DNA of 64,000 bases, from assembly GCA_012295275.1 (NCBI GenBank), contig CM022679.1, positions 10,106,001-10,170,000 of the forward strand, written 5' to 3'. The notes under the pieces are model-generated. The model did no database searches and had not been told where the DNA came from. It worked only from the letters and a program-made list of their open reading frames with translations. The translations under genes were made by a program, and so were the position numbers. Numbering within the stretch: position 1 is the stretch's first letter; each line of letters begins with the position of its first letter. This document shows positions 52,781-64,000 of the stretch, in pieces. Source of the DNA: Chrysomallon squamiferum. Lineage: Eukaryota > Animalia > Mollusca.

Positions 52781-54744
52781 GCTTTTCTTTTTTATCATTA
52801 TTTTCTGTAGTAATTATAAACAGTAGTGTAATGACCAGAAGGTTTACTGGCTTAGTTGCTTAGTGGTGTAATGTATACTGATTGATTGTACTTGCATGCT
52901 TTGATTCTGTGAAATCTTTGGCATTTAAAAAAAAAAAACAGTATCTGTGTTCAGTAATATGATTCACTAAAATTGTGCATGTGTATGTGTATGTTTGTGG
53001 ATGCATGTGTATATGCAAGTGTATGTGTGCATGTGTATAATACAAAACTGAAAATTGCATTTTTTCAATACCAAGTACTACAAAAAGCTTTACCTTTTCA
53101 CATTCACACACAACCAATACAAACCATGATTCATAGAGCTCTGTGTAATTTAAAACATAATAAGATTCCCATATAAACCAACCTGGCTTGCTTATAATTA
53201 ACCATTTTCCAAAAAGCTATTCACAGAAAGGTTATAAATATACTTTTTTTTTTTCTTTCATTCTTATTTATATTTATGAGCAATCATCAAAACATTCAAA
53301 GAATCGACTATAAAAAAATTTTCACACAGTTTTATGTTTGAAATTTTCTGAAAGCTTTTACTTTCAATTATCATATAAGTAACATAATTCTTGTTTGTAA
53401 ATTTAAAGAATAATTTCTTAACAATAACCAATCTTACGGAAACTATATTTTTTTTTTTTTTTTTTTAAATCAAGATAATTAATGACTTTTATGCAGCCAC
53501 ATTTGATAAATAACTGATAAAATATCTTCAAGTTCCTATTCATGCTGCATAATAGGAAATGTAAGGATATAATAAAAGTCAAATGCAAATAAAAGAAATA
53601 CTCTTTTAGAAAAAAAACAAAACAAGAAAGCAATCCTCTAGCTGTCATTAAGAAATATAAAAAAAATTGCGTATAAAATATTCTAGGTATACCATTTTAA
53701 ATTTTGTATTAAGGTACAAAATTTAAATATTTTACCAAAATGTTTTTTTTCTTTTCAATAAACTATTTAATTACTGCATTCAACAATGTCAAAACATAAG
53801 TTCAACAAAGCTTGCAAGATAATTGACTGGTTGTGAAAAATTTAGGTCAGCAGTACCTTTAAAACATTTCAATTTTATAAAAAAAAAAAAAAAAAAAGGT
53901 TGAGAATTAATCTTAATGTAAACCTCAGATTTAAAAAAAAAAATTCTTAGCAGATAGACTAAGCATAATTTTTACATATAACAGCAGCAGACATATGCTT
54001 TAAATATGGATAAAGTTTGTTCATGATTTCAAAAACATTTTCTTCACATTCAGATGCATTCTGTGCTCTGATTTGAAATACACTCGATAATTCATATCTA
54101 TTTAAATTTTTCCATTTTATATACATGATAACACCCATCAAATTACACAAATTAACAATAAAAAATAAAAAAAAGACACTAAATTTATCTAAATTAAATT
54201 CAGTCATGCAATACATGTGGTAATTCAAAGCAAATTAGATGTAACTATTTTATAGCTATCCAGACAGTTATTTTCTAACATCATGGTTTACACACACTTA
54301 TGAACAACACCATAAAACATGCATTAAAATGTATCCAGTTTATAAATACATGTGAATAATGAGCATGAAAAATGTGTAAATTTTACTGAATCCTTTTAAA
54401 CGTACACACAGTATTTCAGATACAAACACATTTATTCAGACTGTCTCAAACATATATGAACACTATCTGAAACACAAACATACACATGTACATGTTTACT
54501 ATCTCAAACATGCAAACATGCATATTACTGCATACATGCATGTTATCTTTAAACATAAACCTGTACAAAATACTATCTCCATCACACAAACCCACATATA
54601 CCGACATTCGTAGAAAACACACACAGAGACACACAGACACACACATATATGGACACCATAATAAACATGTTTAAATATATATGGAGAGTGACTCATGCAG
54701 GTATACATGTTTTTGTAAAACAAGGCAAAACACAGAAAACTTAC

Positions 54745-54853
54745 GTCAAGCAGTAGTCTAACAACTTCTGTTTTGCCGTACAGAGCAGCTTCATGTAAAC
54801 ATGTTCCTTTTAAAGTCGCCCGATTTATGTCCATTCCAACCTGTAGCAGCAAC
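54745..54853 (-). CDS. CASKIN: Caskin exon E (ankyrin repeat, phase 2 to 0)
   Basis: gttacag|G TTG...GAC|gtaagt; 109 nt; [36 protein letters not shown], close to Caskin [21 protein letters not shown]. Confidence 0.96.
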
Positions 54854-54869
54854 CTGTAACATAAAATAA

Positions 54870-55287
54870 GTCAGATGTATTATACATCATTAATAATACT
54901 AGAGTTAAATACAAGATGCGTTACACACATTAATAGTAGTTTAAATAAAACAATGAGTACCATACTTAAATACAAGATGTGAAGTTAAATACAAGATGTA
55001 TTATATAATAATACAAGAGTTAAATACAGGATGTAATACATATTAATAATGTTAAATACAAGATGTATTACACAATAATAACACTAGATTTAAATACAAT
55101 ATACATTACATTAATAACACTAGAGTTAAATACAATATATATCACACATTAATAACACTAGATTTATATACAATATATATTACATTAATAACATTAGATT
55201 TATATACAATATATATATTACAGATTAATAACACTAGATTTAAATACAAAATGTCTCACACACATTAATAATATTGAAGTTAAATAC
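54870..55287. repeat. ~36-bp minisatellite upstream of exon E
   Basis: Unit ~taataacactagagttaaatacaagatgtattacacat. Confidence 0.85.
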
Positions 55288-55919
55288 TGTCTTTCCAAAT
55301 GACCACTTTTAATTATTATCGACATCAACCGTTGCTGATAATAAAGTTAAAAAATACAATTATCCCAATGTCATGTCTGAAGACGTTGCTTGTAAATGGT
55401 CATTTCAATACACTGTAAACATTAAATAAATCTGTACAAATCTGTGAATCGGTCTGTTTAATCATTTGTGCCTTTTTCTTTACTGTTTTCTTTGGGGGGT
55501 TTTTGTGAGGTTTTTGGGGGGTTTTTTGTTTGTTTTTTTTGCCTTTAGGAGTTTTCTACAACTACTCTGTAAACACCAGCGAACAAAATACTGAAGAAGA
55601 ACACACACACAAATCTGCGATTAACGCAATCACGGAACCTATATGACAAGGTATCTAATCTAGAAGCCATTCTTGTTATCCGTCTAGTCGCAGAGATAAC
55701 CCGGAGCTCTCGAAATATTTGTCTTGGGTAATAACAAGTCTGTTTACACCGACTGCACCTCCTGCGACCAAGTATCTTTGTTATCAAATCTAAATAACAC
55801 ACACAGACTTGACTTCTAATGTAGATGAGTGTTGTCTGTTTATCTGTTTCTAGAATGTCTGCTGTTACAGTGTGATAACTGTTCACTCAGTGATGGTAAA
55901 ACTCTTTACATGGATTGTT

Positions 55920-56049
55920 ATTTCTTTTAAAAATAGAAGTATGCTGGTTAATGGATTATTTTCTTATGAAAGAGAATCTGTTGGTGGATTTTTAATATTT
56001 ATACATACATACATACATACATACATACATACATACATACATACATACA

Positions 56050-56096
<47 letters not shown>

Positions 56097-56132
56097 GTAT
56101 TTTAAAGAGAATCTACTGGTGATTTTTAAATC

Positions 56133-56164
<32 letters not shown>

Positions 56165-56590
56165 GTATTTTTAATTATTATTTAAAAATAGAAAATTGGC
56201 TTGTGGATCATTTCTTTATGAAAGAAAATCTATTGATTGATTTTTAAAATATATATGTATATTTTTTTAATTATTATTTAAAAATAGAAAGCTGGTTTGT
56301 GGATTATTTCCTTAAGAAAGATGATCTACTGGAGGATTTTTACATTTTTTAAAACAATTCTTTTTTACTCCTTTTAGAATATTGGATAATGGATTATGAA
56401 ACAGTGGTGGATTTTTTTTTACATCTTTTAAATTCTCATTTAAACTTTTTAAAAAAAACCCAGAATACTGGTTAATGAATCATGTCCTTATGAAAGAGAA
56501 ACCATTGGTGGATTTTAAAAAATATTTATATTTTGTTATTTTTAAAAAAATAAAAAAAGAAGAAAATTGGTTAATTGATGGTGTACCATT
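55920..56590. repeat. Diverged tandem repeat with embedded (ACAT)n and (TA)n
   Basis: Recurrent aaaatagaa..tggtt..tggattatt...ttatgaaagagaatct..tggtggatttt. Confidence 0.7.
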
Positions 56591-56879
56591 CTTTTCTTAA
56601 GTTGAATTTGTATCCCAATTGTAAATTAGAAAAATAAAAAATAAATAAAAATAAAAGATTTTTTTTTTTTTTTTTTAAATATTTACATAAGATTAGAGTC
56701 TGATGTTTTGAGTTACACATATCCCAGTACCACTCCTCAGGTATAAAAAATCAAAACAACAAAAAAATCTTACAACAACCTGTCACGTTAAACAAATAAC
56801 AAACACATGTTTCTGTGAGCTAGCTATTGTGAAACATTTTCCTTCCTTCCCTTTAACACCCAACACATGATTTCTGTTA

Positions 56880-57170
56880 GTACACCTACAATACACGATA
56901 TCTATTACTGTATCTGTGTATGTACACCAATATCACGTTTTCTCTGTTATTCCATCTATATATATATACACCTATATCAAATTATCTCTATTACTATATG
57001 TACACGTATATCAAATTATCTCTATTATTATATTTATAAATACTCCTATATCAAATTATCTCTATTATTATATCTATAAATACTCCTATATCAAATTATC
57101 TCTGTTACTGTTATTATTGTATTTATGTGTTACACCTGTATCAGATGATTTCTATTATTATATCAGTGAG
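56880..57170. repeat. ~40-bp minisatellite abutting the exon D donor
   Basis: Recurrent tacacctatatcaaattatctctattattatat. Confidence 0.85.
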
Positions 57171-57179
57171 AACACCTAC

Positions 57180-57310
57180 GTAATGATGTCAGCGTGGCCA
57201 TTTTTGGCGGCCAGGTGAAGACAGGTGGTTTGACTGTTGTCTGTGAGATCCTTCTCATTGACCTCCAGGAGTCTGAGACACAGGTTGTTTCTCAACAGCA
57301 GCTCCACAAC
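57180..57310 (-). CDS. CASKIN: Caskin exon D (ankyrin repeat, phase 0 to 2)
   Basis: acccag|GTT GTG...ATT AC|gtaggt; 131 nt; [43 protein letters not shown](T). Confidence 0.95.
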
Positions 57311-57454
57311 CTGGGTATCAAATATAATAACAATACATAAATAAATAAAAAAATAAAAAAATAATGTAAAACAGTATTTCCACAAGCTGGAGTATAATAA
57401 TAATAATAATAATAATAATAGAAATATGTAAAACAGAGATTCCACAACCTAGAG

Positions 57455-57553
<99 letters not shown>

Positions 57554-57620
57554 AATAAATAAATAACATAAAACAATGTAGTATGAAAATAATATAAATA
57601 TGTAATGAAATATAAATAAA

Positions 57621-57675
<55 letters not shown>

Positions 57676-58804
57676 TAATATTAAAAACTTTTAAAATAAT
57701 AAAATAAAAGGTTTCTGCCAAGTGTTATTTAAAAAAAAAAAACAGTGAAAAAAAAGGAAAGAAAAAGACATCATGTTTCATAATATGAGGGAAAAGACTT
57801 TTAACGATAAATCACTGTTTAATAATAAAAATAATAATAACAATAACAATAATAATAACAGTAACATAAAGAAGTATGCATATCATATGACAGAATTATT
57901 TTATGTGTTTCATTTTCAAACTGGCATATAAATTATTAATTAATTAATGAAACTTAGAAGGAAAAAACAACTGATTATTAAAAAGTATAGGATTAAGACA
58001 TTTATAACATTGTAAAATTTAGGCAAAGCAGGTAAACTCATTTTGTTAACATCAGTAACAAATAGCATTAAAAGACTGAGTGGAACAGACTTTTTCTCTA
58101 CACCTGTTTAGAAAATACAAGGCAGTATGACAAGAAGTCCATTTTACAACACTTGCAGGTGCAAAACTACATTACTTTCCACCTGTTTCTGTGCATACCT
58201 AATTTACCTGGGAGTTAAACAGTAAATATTTTAAACTTGCTAACCAGCTTGTGGCATTTCTTAAAAGGTTAGCTCTTCCACGTGAAGAGGTTTCTGAGAA
58301 CAGTGAGATTAAACAAGTGTTTGTAATTTTACAGAACATCGAGGTGTGATGTATTTTAAAACTGATAAATACAGAGAGCATTTTGAAAAGATAAATGGAT
58401 AATATTTAGTCCGAATTATTTTTTAAAAGATAATATTTTATGTGATGGATTGTGAAAACATGAATATAGAATATTATACTGTGTAGAGTATTTTGGTAAT
58501 ATAGTAATACAGTAGTGCTGTATTTTTTAAAAAGATTTTGTGTTTAGAAAAGATTGTTTGATGTATTCTGAAACAAACTATTTCAGGGAAGAGAACATGT
58601 TTCTTTTTAAATTGTCTGTTTATGAAGTATATAAAGTTAAAACACAAGAAAAATCACTAAAACTAAATTGAACATATTAAACTCTTGCTAAATTATCTAC
58701 CATTACTTTACGCTGATCAATGTTTCTCTAATTTACAAAATTAATAAAAAATTATAAAGTTTTTTGGATTAGAAACCATTTTTTGTTAACAGTTTGTTTT
58801 TTAC

Positions 58805-58900
58805 CCTGTATCGTCCAAATTCACAGCCAAGATCTAGAGGGGTTTTATTTTCTTTGTTGGCCACTGTGGGATCTCCATGATGTAACAGCAACAAGTTAGC
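58805..58900 (-). CDS. CASKIN: Caskin exon C (ankyrin repeat, phase 0 to 0)
   Basis: tttcag|GCT...AGG|gtaaaa; 96 nt; ANLLLLHHGDPTVANKENKTPLDLGCEFGRYR (cf. Caskin KTPLDLACEFGR). Confidence 0.95.
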
Positions 58901-60375
58901 CTGAAAGTAAAATAAAATAAAATAAAATGAAATAAAATAAAATAAAATAAAATATAATAAAATAAGATAAAATTAAGAATAATTAATATATGGAGAGTGA
59001 CATCTTAACAAGTTTTAAGTTCAAGAATACCATTTTAATATCAACGGTTATTATGTTATGAATAGAAGTTCTGAAACGGTGAGATCTAACAAAACCTGAC
59101 TAAAGTTAAATGACAAGGAGCAATGGATCCTCTTACAACATGAGTGTGTATTCCATGAACTCTTATACACAGGTTTTACAGCACTGATGTGAATGGGTAA
59201 TAAAAATACAGGTTAGTATAAAATAATAATAAAGAAGTGTTAAAAACGGGAGAGAGAGATTAACTTATGTAAATCTCAGAAATAATAAAGTTGTTTTCTG
59301 TTCATGATAATTCAATTTAAAGGAAGAGTGAGCTGTTAATATAAAATTATTTTGTTTCTGGATTCAATTAGAAACTTGTTAATGTGCTATGTTAATGTCT
59401 GTACTGAGTGTCTGTGTGTCTGTGTGTGTGTGTGTGTGTCTGTCTTTGTGTTTATATATGTACTCATCTTCTCCTTTGCATACACACACAATCTATATTT
59501 CTACATGACTATTTCTCACACACATACATTTATATTTCTACATGACTATGTATGTCTATAAACAGCAGTGATATCAGTTACCTAAGCATTTTTTTTTTTA
59601 TATTTACACGTGTACAGGAAGGAAATATGGGTTGTGACATATGAGTTTTATTTGCCTGTATGAGAACAGATACAGGGGTAACAAAGTGTTATGTCATAGA
59701 TCAGTCTCACAGGTGATGGTGAGTCACTGAATAAATGTCACCATATTTCTTTATAAACTAAATGTGTCAGTAAATAAATTTTGTTTAAAAAAAAAAAACA
59801 GGGAAAAAAACTACAACAATAATCAACCCAACATTCGATTTAAAGACCAGTTCTTTTCTTTGTGACATTCTGGTAATAATAAAAATGTGTGTGTTCCTCT
59901 TTTTCATGTATGTTTGATGTATGTGCAGGTTTTGTGTTCTACTGTTTGTGTATTGTTTGTATGCTGTGAGTGTGCAGGTATTTTTCTGCATATTTATGTT
60001 TTAGCTTCTTTCTTGATCTTTTTTAAAAATAGAAATAATACTATAAATTCTTAGAAATTCTTAATTTTTGGTTTGTTATATATATTCCTAAACAATTGTT
60101 TTAGAAAGACTGTAACAGAGAAGAAAACAGCGAGATAGATTGAGTGATTAAAAGACAGAGAGATAGAAAAGAACTGAGAAAGAAAAAGGGGCTGTAAGAG
60201 ATGTTAGAAAGAGAGGGGGAAGATACAGACAAATGAAGGTGAAGTGTATATACAAGAGTAGAAAAAACTCTTCACAGACCAAGTCAAACATAAGAATTTA
60301 ATAAACTGGTCGTGCAAAATTCCAATTTTGAAAATGATTTTAAAAATAATAATGATGTACCTTGTGACATCATTC

Positions 60376-60440
<65 letters not shown>

Positions 60441-60618
60441 CATACTCACACACACTTAAGAAACCCAAATACTATTACAATAATTACTATCATATTCCAT
60501 TTCCTTGCAATACATTTCTAAATCATCATATATAACAAACCATTGCTATAATAATACAGACATCTCGTATATTTCAGTTCAACCTTACTGTACATCGGAA
60601 AGTTTATTTATTACTGAC

Positions 60619-60764
60619 CACATCAAAATTTCCATGCTGACAGGCAAGATGCATGGGCGTGTCTCCATTCTGTGCGTGCAGGTTGACAGGTGACCCGTAC
60701 TGTAGTAGAATGTGAACTGGTTCCGACTTGCCCTGCCAGGCTGCATAGTGCAGAGGAATCATAC
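60619..60764 (-). CDS. CASKIN: Caskin exon B (ankyrin repeats, phase 1 to 0)
   Basis: ttttactag|GT ATG ATT...GAT GTG|gtcagt; 146 nt; GMIPLHYAAWQGKSEPVHILLQYGSPVNLHAQNGDTPMHLACQHGNFDV; PLHYAAWQG is characteristic of Caskin. Confidence 0.95.
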
Positions 60765-61242
60765 CTAGTAAAACAGTGAAATAGTAAAATAAAGGTATAT
60801 GTTTATGTATATTTTTGTGTTGGGTATAGTGCTTTTATAATTATGAAAAGTAAGTTTGAAAAAGATGGCAGTATATATAATGAATGAGAGAGAGAGAGAG
60901 AGAGACAGAGCAAGAGAATGAGAATGATGGAGAATGGGAGGAAGGTAAGGGGAGAGGTGAAAGAAGGAAGGGAAGGAATGAGAGGGAGGGAGGGAGGGAG
61001 GGAGGGAGAGAGAGAGAGAGAAAACAGATGATTGAACATTTTTGTTTCTATATTAATATAAATAGCTTACAGATTTTTTATGACATTTTAAGACAGAGAG
61101 AGAAGAAATAGGATTTAAAAAATTATTACAACACTTCCAGAAAACATTATTCATTTACATCACATCAAATCATTTACAGTGACACTTAAGTATAAAAAAT
61201 ATCTTTATTTTCACTGAAATGGCAACTGAGAGAGAGAGAGAG

Positions 61243-61303
<61 letters not shown>

Positions 61304-62405
61304 GAAATAGACAGAGACAGAGACAGAGATGAGAAGAAAGACAGAAGAAGAGAAATACAGAATGTTATTATTAAATAACTTTAAAAAAAAATTAAGTGAC
61401 TTTTTACTGAAAGACATTAAAAACATTTCTCGGTGCAAGAGAATTTTTGTCAACATCAAACAGTTTTTATCAACACTCAACATAACTCTGACATGTCTGT
61501 TATTATAAAGATTGAAACATTTTATCCAATACAGACAAAAGCCATAAAACATTTGATTTCTTTTTAATATGAAAGATGAATATTTCAACAACTTCAAAAA
61601 GGTATATTCTTACCATCCAAATTTTTAACTCTAAACCTAATTTGATAAACCTTTTTTTTTTTTTTTTTATTTTTTTTTGTTTTTTATATTATTTCTTTCA
61701 CTTTTTGTTGAAAAATACATTAATTTAAAACCAGTATATGATTTTTTTTTTTTTTAAAGTTAAAATTTAGAATTTTTCTTCGTCTCTAAATATGCGTGTC
61801 AGTTTTATGACAATTTATATTTGTAGAATTGTGTGTAAAAAATGAAGATTCTTCTAGGAACTGGAGTCAATTAATTTTTACAACTTCAAACTCACTGAAG
61901 CAGATTTTTATGTTGGTTGATTTAAAAAGAAATACTGATAAAACTTTTTAGTTCACAGATAAAAAAGCCTTTAATCCACAACCAATGCAATTTAATTAAA
62001 AGTAAGTTCTGCAAAGAAAATACTCAGGGATATATTTTAGTGCTCAGGAATTTTTCAGTAACAGTTTTGACTGTTAATATCTCTGAATGAAAAACAATAC
62101 AAATTTTTAACCAAGAAAACAAAAGAAAAAAAAGAAAAAGCTTAATTTTATACTAAAAAAAAAAAAAAAAAAAAAAAGAAAATATCCCGAGAATTAAACA
62201 AAATTATATATCCATTATAAAAACAAAATAAAAGATAACCTTTAAAATATTAAAAAAAAACCATTTCCTTTCTTTTACTTATACCCATTTAATAACTGAT
62301 ATATATCACACCTATCTGTGTTATAAAAGTGCTATAACAAATATAAGAATACTATAACACCATTAGTTACCAAATTTAAATGGTTCTATTACGGTGTGTA
62401 TTTGC

Positions 62406-62468
<63 letters not shown>

Positions 62469-62478
62469 TGTTATTTAC

Positions 62479-62576
62479 CTTTTTCATCTCTGATTTCAGT
62501 GGAAGCACCATTTTCAAGAAGCAACCTCATCACCTCAGTGTTACTCATAAGAGCAGCTTGATGTAGAGCTGACATT
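62479..62576 (-). CDS. CASKIN: Caskin-family protein, coding exon A (ankyrin repeat; first exon inside window, phase 2 to 1)
   Basis: tttttcag|A ATG TCA...GAA AAA G|gtaaat; 98 nt; xMSALHQAALMSNTEVMRLLLENGASTEIRDEKG, matching Caskin [34 protein letters not shown] (recalled human CASKIN1). Confidence 0.93.
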
Positions 62577-62589
62577 CTGAAAAAGTAAA

Positions 62590-62950
62590 TATTAAATAGT
62601 ATCAGAGCTTTCTGAAATTATACCAAATTGTAGAGCATTCTAAAGTAATATTAAATTATAGCGCTTTTTGAAATAATACTAAATTGTACAGCATTCTAAA
62701 GTAATATTAAATTGTAGAGCATTCTAAAGTAATATTAAATTGTAGAGCATTCTGAAATAATATTACATTGTAGAGCTTTCTAAAGTAATATTAAATTGTA
62801 GAGCATTCTGAAATAATACTAAATTGTAGAGCATTCTAAAGTAATATTAAATTGTAGAACATTCTGAAATAATATTACATTGTAGAGCTTTCTGAAATAT
62901 TACACTGTAGAGCATTCTGAAATATTAAATTGCAGAGCATTCTGAAATAC
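62590..62950. repeat. 28-bp minisatellite resembling the exon A acceptor junction, ~13 copies
   Basis: Unit tgtagagcattctgaaataatattaaat versus the junction tgtagagctgacattctgaaaaagtaaatattaaat. Confidence 0.9.
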
Positions 62951-64000
62951 AAATTAATCATAAATTCTAGAGCAGACATTCTTGAATATTAAGTATTAAA
63001 TCCATAAACAGTGTTAAAGTGAAAAGAATTCCAAAATAATAAATCCACCAAAATTCTGAAATAAAAAGAAAAATACTGAACTCTTCTTGAGCAGACCTGA
63101 AATAACAGTCAACTATACAGCACATATTAAATAACAACAAATATTTAACTGCAAAGGATATGAGATCAGAGCTAAACAATTAAGTATGGATAAATAATAA
63201 AATTACTGATTCATTTTTTTTTTTCTGTATGTTAAGACTAAATTACAAGGCAACATTTAGCCAGAGGCAATGAACAAAATTTGTTTTAAAAAATTAAAAG
63301 AATGATTATCATCAACAGCATCTAGTTAACAAAATAACAATGATAAAGTATAATGTTGTATGCAATGCCAAGTTATTACCCAGCTTAAGGGTTCCAAAGT
63401 TATTACTTCTATTGTTTATTTATTTATTTGTTTGTTCATGTATTTGTTTATTTGTTTATTTATTTTAATGTTATAAAAATAACAAGTCTTGCAAAAAATG
63501 ATATTTTATGGGTACAGGTGATATAAAAAATTTCAAGGATTAACTGATAATGTCACCAAATGACAAATCAAGATGAAAACATAAATGTCATTTTTTTGTG
63601 TGTTTCGACAAAATGATCAATAAAATTAAATTAAATGTCTTTTATGTCCTTAAATTAATTTTATTTATATTTTTGTCCAAACACATAAGTACATGTGACT
63701 CATATACTAATTCATATACACACGCATTCATACACAAACATATATACACCGATGACACACCCCCACCTAAAAACACATATACACTAAAATAATACACATA
63801 ATAATTATTACGGTTTATAATATATTTGATTTACAAGGTAAACAGAGTTACTTCCCTTGGCAAATACAAATTATTGTTATTATTTAATAGATTTGTTTTG
63901 CCTAAAATTAATACCAGTCTTCCATAATACATTTAATTTAAAATCTTGATATGAAACTTAAATGAGTAATTGACAAAGTCATTAAACTGCCCCTAATATA

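Noticed and set aside
53094-53140. Donor AAG|gtaaag after ...VVCECEK
   Set aside because: No ATG in the phase-0 frame and no phase-compatible acceptor.
55545-55886. 113-aa minus-strand ORF
   Set aside because: Non-ATG start, no domain resemblance, no fitting splice sites; better read as a CpG-rich regulatory island.

Overview
Very AT-rich, microsatellite-dense eukaryotic (animal) DNA, probably a gastropod mollusc judging from its SINE family (inference from memory). The whole window is the interior of one large minus-strand gene, a Caskin-family scaffold (ankyrin repeats, atypical SH3, Pro-rich linker). I reconstructed nine constitutive coding exons by hand (62479-62576 down to 3619-3795, 1073 nt). 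All have GT-AG boundaries and join in one open frame; the gene's start and end lie outside the window. Most ORFs in the supplied track are microsatellite artefacts. The most interesting unexplained signal is a set of short ATG-to-splice-donor units in high-complexity islands inside the long introns. Several match the phase of the next constitutive exon and encode Cys-rich and/or Gly2 N-termini (MKNCFQ-C, MKFCLPQCLGGKDCVGCAC, MEIFGCGCFVRKAK, MGNGSCFVCVLPC); two more (MGLLVSR, MGLCL) do not fit the next exon. This suggests many internal promoters making progressively truncated, lipid-anchored Caskin isoforms. It is inference and needs transcript evidence. Other structure: minisatellites that copy real splice junctions, fold-back palindromes centred on (TA)n, a long-range inverted-repeat pair and tRNA-derived SINE copies.
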